Virus genome (UHGV): UHGV-0351052
Direction: 5' to 3' (one strand)
DNA from: a virus
Length of the DNA: 64,000 nucleotides
The translations under genes were made by a program, and so were the position numbers. Each line of letters opens with the position of its first letter. The stretch's first letter is position 1. Below, piece by piece: positions 49,439-58,461 of the stretch. The notes beneath the pieces are model-generated. The model ran no database searches, was not told the origin of the DNA, and was given only the letters and a program-made list of their open reading frames with translations.

Positions 49439-49612
49439 TTAAATGTTGTTTTCAATAAAATTCTGAAGCTTTGTGTGAGCATCAACCATGATTTTCATTT
49501 CTTCTTTGGCGAAAGCTGTACCTCTTTCCCGAGCAGAATACTCATAGTCAGAAACTGCATTAGCATATTCTTCAATTAGCTTCATTAAAAACATCTGCTT
49601 TTCAGTTTTCAT
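49439..49612 (-). CDS. small helical protein, 57 aa (family member B; below ORF-track cutoff)
   Basis: hand translation MKTEKQMFLMKLIEEYANAV...LQNFIENNI. Confidence 0.3.
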   Translation of the reverse strand: MKTEKQMFLMKLIEEYANAVSDYEYSARERGTAFAKEEMKIMVDAHTKLQNFIENNI

Positions 49613-49796
49613 TGTTCCACCTAATCATTTCAAGATATTGAACTAACTTAGCTTTAGATTTATCCAAATCCTTTTTAGCTGCTTCTATACCGTCGTATGA
49701 ATATCCTTCACAATGCTCAACTGCTAATTGGTATGAATCTATTTCAATATCACGTGCTAATTTAATGATTTTTTCAAACTGTTCACGTGTTAGCAT
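49602..49796 (-). CDS. small helical protein, 64 aa (family member C)
   Basis: MLTREQFEKIIKL...LVQYLEMI. Confidence 0.4.
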   Translation of the reverse strand: MLTREQFEKIIKLARDIEIDSYQLAVEHCEGYSYDGIEAAKKDLDKSKAKLVQYLEMIRWNNEN

Positions 49797-49798
49797 AA

Positions 49799-50038
49799 TT
49801 AAACTCTCGTATTATGATCGATAATTTCATCAAGAAACATATCTAACGCTTCTATAGCATTATCCACTTTAGTTTCAAAGTCTTTAATGCCTTTATTCGA
49901 AATACCCGATGAATACCAAGCAAAGTCAATCAGCTCTTCATCTGCTTTGCGAATTGAAGCCACTAATTCCTTAATTTTATCCGCTTGTTCGATACTAATC
50001 ATTATTCCACCACATATGAAAGAGAGAATATTGCACAC
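49799..50038 (-). CDS. small helical protein (family member D; probably 67 aa from internal ATG)
   Basis: [14 protein letters not shown]...ALDMFLDEI. Confidence 0.4.
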
Positions 50039-50190
50039 GCCATGTGAGTTGCAACTTCATCACACATATTATAACGTTTCTTAAGAAGTTCTACAAGTTC
50101 TTCACTAGTGACTTCATCCATGTCGACGAAAAAATCACCATTAATGATGACGTAGATATTTCCTTCTTGATTAAGTGCTTCAATTTTCAT
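50002..50190 (-). CDS. hypothetical acidic protein, about 62 aa
   Basis: AAAGAGGAGAA ribosome-binding site before ATG 50190; track start 50235 lies inside promoter. Confidence 0.35.
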
Positions 50191-50218
50191 GATGTTCTCC
50201 TCTTTATCCGATGGTTGT

Positions 50219-50248
50219 ATAGTACCACGGCTCAAACGGAAAGTAAAC
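50219..50248 (-). promoter_or_regulatory. T4-type early promoter cassette
   Basis: minus-strand GTTTAC 50248-50243, TGG+TACTAT 50227-50219. Confidence 0.5.
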
Positions 50249-50258
50249 CGGTAAAATG

Positions 50259-50281
50259 AAAAAAGTCTCCCGAAGGAGACT
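50259..50281 (-). terminator. intrinsic terminator
   Basis: minus-strand RNA GUCUCC-UUCG-GGAGAC followed by UUUUUU; 5 nt past stop of 50286..50672. Confidence 0.6.
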
Positions 50282-50285
50282 AATG

Positions 50286-50672
50286 TTATTCGAGGGAAAG
50301 AAGATACTTACTCTGGTAAAACATTCCAGTAATATCATCTATCGTGCTTTGGATGGCTGGAGGCATTTCTTTATAAATGCTGTTAGATTGGTCTAGTATG
50401 CGATCAATCATTTTAATTGTGTCGGTAGGAAGTTTACTGGCATCTGGAATTGAAGGTGTGTATTTTCTACCAGAATACCCCAAATATTGCTCACCAAATT
50501 TATCAATCAAATCTGGCAACTCGGAGAAAATAAAATCGTATGCTTTGTGTCTAGCATAACTTTTAGTTTCAAAATGTGCAGAATGAAAATAAGCTTGTGC
50601 AGCCATTAATAAACCTAAGTATTCATCTGCCTTTGAAGGTTTTCCACTTTGTGAAAAGTCGCTGAATTTCAT
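50286..50672 (-). CDS. hypothetical protein, 128 aa
   Basis: ORF-track ORF; immediately downstream of rI. Confidence 0.45.
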
Positions 50673-50962
50673 TCAGTCTCCAATTTAATATTCATAATTC
50701 TAGCGTATGATTGTGCCATCTCCGCGCCTCGTTCTATACATTCAAAATCAGAAGAGCACGGGTCATTTTTATAGGTCGTTCTCATAAAACTATAGAATTG
50801 TTCAGACGATTCTACGCTTTTATTTTCAAAAAGCATATAAACGTGTCTAATACCAGATTCCATAAATTTATCAAAATGAGGATCGACATTCGCTTCAATC
50901 GATGGAGATAAAGCAAACGCTAATCCTAGCATGGCAAATAGTGCCGTTGCTTTTAAGGCCAT
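50669..50962 (-). CDS. rI: lysis-inhibition regulator RI-like (signal-anchor protein)
   Basis: 97 aa; N-terminal hydrophobic anchor ALKATALFAMLGLAFALS; size and slot match T4 rI. Confidence 0.55.
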   Translation of the reverse strand: MALKATALFAMLGLAFALSPSIEANVDPHFDKFMESGIRHVYMLFENKSVESSEQFYSFMRTTYKNDPCSSDFECIERGAEMAQSYARIMNIKLETE

Positions 50963-50974
50963 AAAGGCCTCCTA

Positions 50975-51187
50975 TCATTTTTGCCCTGTATTTACTTTAT
51001 GCCGATGCACGGCCTTAACTTTATCAAGGTATTTTTCAAAATTTCGCAATCTAGTATAGTCTGCCGGAGATTGGTTGAGTGATACTTCTCGACGCAAAGC
51101 TGAAATGATATTTCCAACTTCCCTACGAATTTCATCTAATTGAAGCACAGTAAGATTGCGAAGTTGCTTTTCAGTTAATTGTAGCAT
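50975..51187 (-). CDS. small helical protein, 70 aa (possible family member)
   Basis: [14 protein letters not shown]...NFEKYLDKV. Confidence 0.4.
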
Positions 51188-51229
51188 ATATACCCCTTTA
51201 GTTAGATAAACCTATTTATAACTTTTGCA

Positions 51230-51811
51230 CTAACCGAGCTTTTTAGTTAATTCATTCCAATGTTTTCTACACAAAGAAACATAAATTTCATCACCAATAC
51301 AGATTTGATTACCTTCTTTAACGGGTGTTCCATCTTCCATTAATCGAGCTGTCATAATCGCTTTTTTACCACAATGACAAACTGCCTTTAGTTCAATAAG
51401 TTTATCTGCGATCGCCAAAAGTTCTTTAGAACCTTCAAACAATTTTCCAGCGAAATCAGTCCTTAATCCATAAGCCATAACAGGAACATTATATGTATCA
51501 ACAATTCGGCTCAATTGATGCACCTGTTCAGTTTTTAAAAACTGGGCTTCATCTACAAATACACAATGAATATCTTTTTGTGCTTCAGCCCATTTATAGA
51601 ACTCAAAAATATCCATATCATCTGTAATAATATTTGCTTCCTGCCTAATTCCAATGCGAGAAACGACTTCACAGACAGAATCGCGAGTATCAATAGCAGG
51701 CTTAAGAACTAATACACTCATTCCACGTTCTTTATAATTATGTGCAGCAGTCAAAAGAGAAGCAGATTTTCCAGCATTCATTGCTGCATAAGTAAAAATT
51801 AAACTCGCCAT
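51230..51811 (-). CDS. tk: thymidine kinase
   Basis: 193 aa; P-loop AMNAGKSASLL, Walker B VFVDEAQF, zinc-ribbon CxxC pairs. Confidence 0.9.
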   Translation of the reverse strand: MASLIFTYAAMNAGKSASLLTAAHNYKERGMSVLVLKPAIDTRDSVCEVVSRIGIRQEANIITDDMDIFEFYKWAEAQKDIHCVFVDEAQFLKTEQVHQLSRIVDTYNVPVMAYGLRTDFAGKLFEGSKELLAIADKLIELKAVCHCGKKAIMTARLMEDGTPVKEGNQICIGDEIYVSLCRKHWNELTKKLG

Positions 51812-51812
51812 C

Positions 51813-52001
51813 TTAGTCCTTAGTTAAATTTTCTAAATATGTTTTTAAATCATTTTCAGCTTTATCGATAGATTTTACTAATTCGTAATATGTTTCGGCA
51901 TCTCCATATTCAGAAGATATTTCAAAAGACAAATCCTTTTCTAAACTAATAATTTCACCAACTAAAAATAATATTTCGTTCTTTTGTTCGCGAGTAATCA
52001 T
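51813..52001 (-). CDS. small helical protein, 62 aa (family member E)
   Basis: MITREQKNEILFLV...LKTYLENL. Confidence 0.4.
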   Translation of the reverse strand: MITREQKNEILFLVGEIISLEKDLSFEISSEYGDAETYYELVKSIDKAENDLKTYLENLTKD

Positions 52002-52183
52002 AAGGAATTTATATAATCAATAAGTTCTTGTTCTTTATTATCGAATTCTTTAGAAAGTTCTTCGTACTCGTTTGCACTAAAAGGACCGCATTCATTACAA
52101 ACTTTTTCCAATTCACTATTTTTATCCATAACTTCGTGGATAAGAGAAAAGAGTCTGTCTTTTTGTTCTTTGCTTAGGCTCAT
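51998..52183 (-). CDS. small helical protein, 61 aa (family member F)
   Basis: MSLSKEQKDRLFSLI...LIDYINSL. Confidence 0.4.
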   Translation of the reverse strand: MSLSKEQKDRLFSLIHEVMDKNSELEKVCNECGPFSANEYEELSKEFDNKEQELIDYINSL

Positions 52184-52353
52184 ATATTAATTTCCAGAAG
52201 TTTTAAAATAATTCGCTTTTGCTTAAATATTTCCATAGTTAAATGATCAGTATCTTTTTGGCCAATTCCAATGGCAAAACCTTTATTAGCAGCGAGTTCA
52301 ATTAAATTATCAAGTTCACGTGACACTTCATATTGTAACTCAGAACTATTCAT
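52180..52353 (-). CDS. small hypothetical protein, 57 aa (below ORF-track cutoff)
   Basis: hand translation MNSSELQYEVSRELDNLIELAANKGF... Confidence 0.25.
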   Translation of the reverse strand: MNSSELQYEVSRELDNLIELAANKGFAIGIGQKDTDHLTMEIFKQKRIILKLLEINI

Positions 52354-52562
52354 TTCGGTTTACCTTCTTTAACGAAATCTGGATAAGGATAAAATCCCGA
52401 ATAAAATCCTTCACCTTTATGATTGATGCATCCTTTATTAGAACAATAGCACCAATAATCGAAATCACAAGCCATTTCATCGTTGCATAAAGCAAAAACA
52501 ACTGGCCATTTACACTTTTCACAATGGGCATTTTTAAGAATACTAGTTTGGCTCATAACCAT
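52350..52562 (-). CDS. Cys-rich small protein, 70 aa (probable zinc-binding)
   Basis: eight Cys: CEKC...C...C...CYC...C. Confidence 0.4.
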   Translation of the reverse strand: MVMSQTSILKNAHCEKCKWPVVFALCNDEMACDFDYWCYCSNKGCINHKGEGFYSGFYPYPDFVKEGKPK

Positions 52563-52780
52563 GTCACCTTTAAGCAGTATTCTTCTACATGTTGTTTACG
52601 ACCTTTCTTATCAATAAAGGTATATTCAACGAATGTTCCAATGTAGTCTTTATCTACATCATGTGGACTATTAATTGGACATTTAGTACGGCAAATGCGT
52701 TCCCATTGACGAATAATTACTGCCTTATTCTTTGGGTCATATGGATGTGGATAATGTATATTCATAATAATGGTTCCCAA
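52553..52780 (-). CDS. hypothetical protein, 75 aa
   Basis: ORF-track ORF. Confidence 0.4.
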   Translation of the reverse strand: MGTIIMNIHYPHPYDPKNKAVIIRQWERICRTKCPINSPHDVDKDYIGTFVEYTFIDKKGRKQHVEEYCLKVTWL

Positions 52781-53229
52781 TCAACAATCACAATTTCTAA
52801 TTTAGAGGAATATGTATCTAAAATCCCCTCAATAATATCCCAGTTCCCTTTACCTATGCCTGCACCAATCCTAGGCATATAGATTGTAGGTTTAATCAGT
52901 TTATTTTCACCAAACTCATTTAATTCTAACATACAATTCATTAAAGCGGAATACTCAAAATTTGGCCCTGGTTGAAATTGAGTATAAAGATTGAAGCAGT
53001 AAGCTTTATGAGTCCTAAAGTATTTTTCATAGACTGAATAAGAACCAAGTTTAGTTACATCACCCCATTCAGTCTGTAATTTATCAGCTTCCAAAATTTT
53101 AGGGAAAGCTTTGGTTAATTGACCTGCGACTCCAGCTTTCATCGTATGAAAACAATTGCATCCATGCGCAATATTTTTACCTTCAGCGAAAAGGGCGACA
53201 ATATCGCCCTTGATATATTTTACAATCAT
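52762..53229 (-). CDS. macrodomain protein (TARG1/OARD1/DarG-like ADP-ribose hydrolase fold), 155 aa
   Basis: IKGDIV...IAHGCNCFHTMKAGVAGQ...YMPRIGAGIGKGNW aligns with TARG1-type KGDLF...LAHCIS.DC.MGAGIA...MPRIGCGLDRLQW. Confidence 0.55.
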   Translation of the reverse strand: MIVKYIKGDIVALFAEGKNIAHGCNCFHTMKAGVAGQLTKAFPKILEADKLQTEWGDVTKLGSYSVYEKYFRTHKAYCFNLYTQFQPGPNFEYSALMNCMLELNEFGENKLIKPTIYMPRIGAGIGKGNWDIIEGILDTYSSKLEIVIVDWEPLL

Positions 53230-53573
53230 TTAGTACTCAATCCTCGATTATAAGAATCTACCAAACGGTCAACCATTGAATGACAAGCGGCTTTATCTTT
53301 CTCCTCCGCAACTGAACATTCTAAGGTATTCCACTTTTTAGCATATCGTTTTAATAATGTATCGTTTTTGTATCTGCTTGATTTATCTCTTTCTCCATCT
53401 TTATATGCATATATTAATTTCTGCGCAAATTCAGCTTGGCATGCTTTATTTTTCCCACAATAATCTGCCGCAGTGCGATTTACATATTCTCTAATTTCAG
53501 TATATGATGTATCTGCTGACGCAGAAGCAGAAAATGAAATTAATCCTATACATAAAACCAAAATTTTAGTCAT
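53226..53573 (-). CDS. secreted protein, 115 aa (signal peptide, four Cys)
   Basis: MTKILVLCIGLISFSASASA signal peptide. Confidence 0.45.
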   Translation of the reverse strand: MTKILVLCIGLISFSASASADTSYTEIREYVNRTAADYCGKNKACQAEFAQKLIYAYKDGERDKSSRYKNDTLLKRYAKKWNTLECSVAEEKDKAACHSMVDRLVDSYNRGLSTK

Positions 53574-54111
53574 TTACTATTTCCAAAAGTTTATTATTTT
53601 TAAGGTAATTAGCCTTTTCTAGGACTTCAGAAGCATATTTAGAACCAGCTTTAACATTCCATCCCGAATTATAAGAGGATATTGCTTTTCTTATATCGCC
53701 CTTATGTATATTTAACCAATAAGAAAGTTCAATGTACGCCCAGGAAGCTGAATTGGATCGTTTATTCAACATTCTTTTTATTTCAGCATCGGTCATATTA
53801 TAACCAAGTTCCTTAACTCTCGCTCGCATAGTAGGCAAATAATTTTGGAACATTCCGTAGGCGTGATGCTTTGGTTTAGATTTTAAATTAACTCCGCCAG
53901 AGCTTTCTTGCCATAAAATGGCTGCCATTATATGACCTAATCCACTCTTGTGGATGTTTTTGTGTGTTTTATATTTTCCATCCTTAGAAAATTGTTCCCC
54001 GAATTGATACGCGTAACGCATGTTATCGAGTTGGACATTACTGAAAGTATGCTCGGAGCTATGTGCCATCATTGAAATGGCCAATAGACCAGCGAGTAGT
54101 GCTTTTCTCAT
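53566..54111 (-). CDS. secreted lysozyme-like/transglycosylase-like protein, 181 aa
   Basis: signal peptide; ILWQESSG Glu-Ser motif typical of SLT/goose-type lysozyme folds. Confidence 0.45.
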   Translation of the reverse strand: MRKALLAGLLAISMMAHSSEHTFSNVQLDNMRYAYQFGEQFSKDGKYKTHKNIHKSGLGHIMAAILWQESSGGVNLKSKPKHHAYGMFQNYLPTMRARVKELGYNMTDAEIKRMLNKRSNSASWAYIELSYWLNIHKGDIRKAISSYNSGWNVKAGSKYASEVLEKANYLKNNKLLEIVND

Positions 54112-54118
54112 GCTTACC

Positions 54119-54580
54119 TCATTGAGTTTTAATTACTGCTTTAGAAGCCTTTCCTGGTAAACGACGACTGTTGATAATTGCCATCCTACATTGAAGTGAC
54201 GGGTCTTTGAACTTCGCGTTAGGTTTACAAACTGTAAATCCAAGCCAAAGATTTCCATCTGTGATTTCTAAACGTCCAGGACGATATTCAACCCCATCAA
54301 TAAAATCCTCGTCAATGTCAGGACGCGGAGGCATACTCAGGAATTCATTAACTTCTAAAACATGGTCTTTTATTTTATGGAATAATTCAAAAACATATGT
54401 CTCATCAATCTCCCGTTGAATTGCGCGATCAAGAAGATGTTGAGAATATTTTAGATGAAACGATGAGACCCCTGCTGCTTTTGATGCCTCACGAATCTCA
54501 TTGTTGATTTGACGAAACTCCGACTCAAAGTGACGACGAAGCTTATTTCGACGGATAAAAACTTCTGTATTGATAGTCAT
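54119..54580 (-). CDS. regB: RegB endoribonuclease
   Basis: 153 aa; size, slot and sequence match T4 RegB as recalled; own early promoter. Confidence 0.6.
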   Translation of the reverse strand: MTINTEVFIRRNKLRRHFESEFRQINNEIREASKAAGVSSFHLKYSQHLLDRAIQREIDETYVFELFHKIKDHVLEVNEFLSMPPRPDIDEDFIDGVEYRPGRLEITDGNLWLGFTVCKPNAKFKDPSLQCRMAIINSRRLPGKASKAVIKTQ

Positions 54581-54607
54581 GTTATTCTCCTCTTAACTGA
54601 TAGAAAA

Positions 54608-54637
54608 ATTATACCACAGTCAAGAGGAAAAGTAAAC
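54608..54637 (-). promoter_or_regulatory. T4-type early promoter (GTTTAC ... TGGTATAAT)
   Basis: minus-strand GTTTAC 54637-54632, TGG+TATAAT 54616-54608; 27 nt before regB ATG. Confidence 0.55.
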
Positions 54638-54639
54638 AG

Positions 54640-54960
54640 TTATTCTTTAAATCTAATCAATTTATTCATAGACTTTGAAACTTCTGCACGAACCTCATGT
54701 AGATTTTTGAGCTGTTCAAGACGCTGCTCATAGTAAGCAATTTCATCTTCTTCGAGACAGTCCTGTGAATCTTCTTTAAGATAACGTGCATAGTCCTGGA
54801 AAGCATTACGAACTACTTCCTGGAAGTCATCAAGACTTTGAATTTTCTTAGGAGCAACAGATACACGACGAGGGGCAGTATAATACTCATAACCAAACCC
54901 TGCGCTTAATTGAGCCATTAGTATTTTTCCTCTGGTTGGAACACTGCGCGACAAGCCCAC
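54640..54960 (-). CDS. hypothetical protein, 106 aa
   Basis: ORF-track ORF. Confidence 0.4.
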   Translation of the reverse strand: MGLSRSVPTRGKILMAQLSAGFGYEYYTAPRRVSVAPKKIQSLDDFQEVVRNAFQDYARYLKEDSQDCLEEDEIAYYEQRLEQLKNLHEVRAEVSKSMNKLIRFKE

Positions 54961-55220
54961 ATACTGGCTTCTTTGAGTTTCGTTTTAGCAATAGCTAACT
55001 GATCGAGGCTTTCAGCATAATTCTTCGCGAGTTCAAAGTCTTCGCAATCATCCCACGCTTCCCAGAATTCATCGTATAAAGCATCAAAGATAAGTCCTAA
55101 ACGAACTTCAGCGTCTTTGATAGCATTCACTTTACCGATTTTCTCTTCAGTATGTGGTTTATAACCCTTAATATCTTCAATCATATTTGACTTCCTCACC
55201 AGTACATAAATCGTATTCAA
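54918..55220 (-). CDS. hypothetical helical protein, 88-100 aa (vs.4 slot)
   Basis: ORF-track ORF; position-only relation to T4 vs.4. Confidence 0.4.
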   Translation of the reverse strand: MNTIYVLVRKSNMIEDIKGYKPHTEEKIGKVNAIKDAEVRLGLIFDALYDEFWEAWDDCEDFELAKNYAESLDQLAIAKTKLKEASMWACRAVFQPEEKY

Positions 55221-55398
55221 CTAAACGAATAGGTTCATGAATGCCATATCCCTGAACAGAAATTTCTGTCGTGGGATAAATTCCATCAATATCGCCCATA
55301 TTCCACGCTTCATTAAATTGCTGTTCGCCTGAATTACTAAACCATTCGGCGAAAGCATTTAGCACATCTTCAGAACCTTCAATAATTATCTTTGCCAT
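55177..55398 (-). CDS. hypothetical acidic protein, 73 aa
   Basis: ORF-track ORF. Confidence 0.35.
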   Translation of the reverse strand: MAKIIIEGSEDVLNAFAEWFSNSGEQQFNEAWNMGDIDGIYPTTEISVQGYGIHEPIRLVEYDLCTGEEVKYD

Positions 55399-55760
55399 TA
55401 CAAACTCTCGGTAAAGGTACGAGCGATAACGTCGCGCTGCTGTTCCGGAGTCAGAGAGTTAAAGCGAACTGCATAACCGGATACACGGATGGTCAGCTGC
55501 GGATATTTTTCCGGATGCTTAACTGCATCTTCCAGAGTTTCACGACGCAGAACGTTAACGTTCAGGTGTTGACCACCTTCAATTTTAACTGTAGGCTGTT
55601 GCTCAATTTCAATTTCACGGGCATGCAAACCGTAGAAAATTTCTGGGTCTACAAAAGAGTCCTCTTTAAAGGTTTTAGAGACAATAATTCGTGCTTGAAT
55701 ACCATCTTCAAAATAAATAGTACCTTTATGTGTGCCTTCAAGAATTTGATATGCTTTCAT
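55398..55760 (-). CDS. autonomous glycyl radical cofactor (GrcA/YfiD-like)
   Basis: C-terminal 60 aa match E. coli GrcA as recalled, including glycyl-radical motif RVSGYAV. Confidence 0.8.
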   Translation of the reverse strand: MKAYQILEGTHKGTIYFEDGIQARIIVSKTFKEDSFVDPEIFYGLHAREIEIEQQPTVKIEGGQHLNVNVLRRETLEDAVKHPEKYPQLTIRVSGYAVRFNSLTPEQQRDVIARTFTESL

Positions 55761-55767
55761 ATAAACC

Positions 55768-56148
55768 TCAATTAGAAAATAAATTTATCCAAGATTGTTC
55801 TTTAATTAAAAATGGCTCAGAATCATATGCCATTAAACTCTGTGTGATTAGTCCTTTAAAAGGCCCATCAATAAATTCCATGGTAAAATATGGAATTTTA
55901 TTCATTAGCCGTGCATTAGGAGCAGTGCACAAAACTCTGCATCCTTTGAATACACCTTTTTGTAATTTGTATTGCTTGGGATAAAATTCGCTCAAAATGT
56001 TATTTTTTGCCAAAATTTCAAAATGATTCACCAATTTATTTTTAATAGTTTTTGGCGAAAAATAAAGATATTCGAAAAGCTGAGTGTCTGTCATCATTGC
56101 ATTCCGATTACGAAAAACTGTGGACGAGTAATACCACCAATGCAACAT
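55768..56148 (-). CDS. hypothetical protein, 110-126 aa
   Basis: ORF-track ORF; start region overlaps end of upstream ATPase ORF. Confidence 0.4.
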   Translation of the reverse strand: MLHWWYYSSTVFRNRNAMMTDTQLFEYLYFSPKTIKNKLVNHFEILAKNNILSEFYPKQYKLQKGVFKGCRVLCTAPNARLMNKIPYFTMEFIDGPFKGLITQSLMAYDSEPFLIKEQSWINLFSN

Positions 56149-56681
56149 TTAATATTACAGCAGCAGTGTACAGTGTCAATATGGACACTATAAATCTTAT
56201 CCATATCAGGAGATTTGACAGGCTCATCAATTATATACAAAATTCGCGAAAGCGATAAACCTCTGAACTTGCTTCCTTTATTACCAATAAAACTGCGCAC
56301 AGAATCAGTAAATAAACGAAAACGTATATCATCATTAGAATAACGCGAAAATTCCTTTTTAATATTATCTGCGGAAATTTTAGCGTAAGCTGAAGTATTA
56401 GAAAGAACAATAACTGTTCCACCGTCATACAACCAATTAGCGGCAAAATTAGTTACTGCAGTTGATTTACCGGATTGACGTCCACCATCTATACGAAGTG
56501 TGCAATACTGTTTAAGTAAGTCTTCAAATGGTGGGATATAATCGTTTTTACAAATTTCTTCTACTCTAGCATCAGAATGGTGTGTAAAAGCATTCATCAG
56601 GGATAGATAAGGACCAGTTAAAAATGTTCTCATTTTGTTCTCTCTAGGTTTGGGCCATTCCATGGCGCATGAATTGTCCAT
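56094..56681 (-). CDS. small P-loop NTPase, 179-195 aa
   Basis: Walker A GGRQSGKST, Walker B ILYIIDEP. Confidence 0.5.
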   Translation of the reverse strand: MDNSCAMEWPKPRENKMRTFLTGPYLSLMNAFTHHSDARVEEICKNDYIPPFEDLLKQYCTLRIDGGRQSGKSTAVTNFAANWLYDGGTVIVLSNTSAYAKISADNIKKEFSRYSNDDIRFRLFTDSVRSFIGNKGSKFRGLSLSRILYIIDEPVKSPDMDKIYSVHIDTVHCCCNIKCCIGGITRPQFFVIGMQ

Positions 56682-56810
56682 TTCTGTATTTACCCATTAC
56701 CGCACTTGGGCTCGACCTTATTACAGGTTGGCGGGAATCCCTCACAGAATCATGAGGTCCAGGTTGTTCCCATGTTATTTGAATGTAAATAGGCCTATAC
56801 TTAGGCCTTA

Positions 56811-57386
56811 TTAATTACCACGGGCCGCATTAGCAACGGCGTAAGCATACTGAACATTAGCGTCCTTAAACGTACCTTTAGAGGTATCTATTTCTGCCTT
56901 AAAGCCGCCTTTAGCCATAACATCGGCAAATTCTTTACGGAAAGCCATTGCATCAAGACCTTTCCATGATGATTTATGCTTGGCAAATTCAAGACCAGCG
57001 TAGTTGACAGCCTTAGCTAATTTATTATCAATAACCCATTTACCAGCTTTAGGCACAAACACCGGGCCTTTCTGTTTGGAGAATAGTTTTAAATTCCAGC
57101 GACGAAGGTCACCGTCAGCTTTAACAAAAGCTGCGTCCAAGTTACTAGCAACAACATCTTGAATATGGCCAAATTTAAGCCCATCAACTTCAATATTTAG
57201 ATCGGTACGCCAGCGAAGTCCTTCCCAAGCGAAGCCTTTAAAGTCGGAAGCCTTTGTAGCTAAGTACCGTTCAATAGGAGCTGTTTTAGGGTCAAAGCCG
57301 TTTCCTCGGTAAGTCCACTCATCTTTATTAATGCCTTTGGCCTTTTCCACAGAAGCTTCGGCGATAAATTCTTTATACGTTTTCAT
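56811..57386 (-). CDS. ipIII: internal protein (ipIII-like), capsid-targeted
   Basis: N-terminus MKTYKEFIAE = T4 internal-protein capsid-targeting sequence; 191 aa, basic; just downstream of e. Confidence 0.6.
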   Translation of the reverse strand: MKTYKEFIAEASVEKAKGINKDEWTYRGNGFDPKTAPIERYLATKASDFKGFAWEGLRWRTDLNIEVDGLKFGHIQDVVASNLDAAFVKADGDLRRWNLKLFSKQKGPVFVPKAGKWVIDNKLAKAVNYAGLEFAKHKSSWKGLDAMAFRKEFADVMAKGGFKAEIDTSKGTFKDANVQYAYAVANAARGN

Positions 57387-57440
57387 ATGTTTCCTTTAAA
57401 TATTTTAATTAGTAATTTGTCTCTTCAAGTAACTGTGAAT

Positions 57441-57470
57441 ATACTATCACAATTCCAAGAGAAAGTAAAC
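57441..57470 (-). promoter_or_regulatory. T4-type early promoter upstream of ipIII-like gene
   Basis: minus-strand GTTTAC 57470-57465, TGA+TAGTAT 57449-57441. Confidence 0.4.
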
Positions 57471-57474
57471 AACT

Positions 57475-58005
<531 letters not shown>

Positions 58006-58461
58006 TTAAAAGAGGTTGTTCATTATTCGGTAAAGTGAAGGACCCATCACATATTGCCACTGAGTACGAGGAATAAGAGCAAAAGCGTCCATCTCTGGAA
58101 TCATAACACCATCTTTATTTTCAAAATAAGACTCACAATGGCAATTTCTAAACATCTCATGCTCTACTGGAATCGTATAATAAAATAACTGTAAGTCTTT
58201 ATTACTAGAATATTTAAATACACCTAGGTCTTCTAGAAGGTCTGGATTATAATTGCTAAAACCGGTCTCTTCTAAGCATTCTCTTTTTGCAGCTTCCAGT
58301 GCATTCAAATCAGAACTTTCTACACGACCTTTTGGAATATCCCAGCGATGTGCCATCATTCCAGGCTTACGAGAACCAGTAACCCGACCCATAAATAAAT
58401 CTTTATCTTCTGTCATGAAGATAATACCAGCTGATAATGTTTTCATTTTAATTTCCTGCAT
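58006..58461 (-). CDS. nudE: Nudix hydrolase NudE
   Basis: 151 aa; Nudix box GRVESSDLNALEAAKRECLEETG. Confidence 0.8.
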   Translation of the reverse strand: MQEIKMKTLSAGIIFMTEDKDLFMGRVTGSRKPGMMAHRWDIPKGRVESSDLNALEAAKRECLEETGFSNYNPDLLEDLGVFKYSSNKDLQLFYYTIPVEHEMFRNCHCESYFENKDGVMIPEMDAFALIPRTQWQYVMGPSLYRIMNNLF

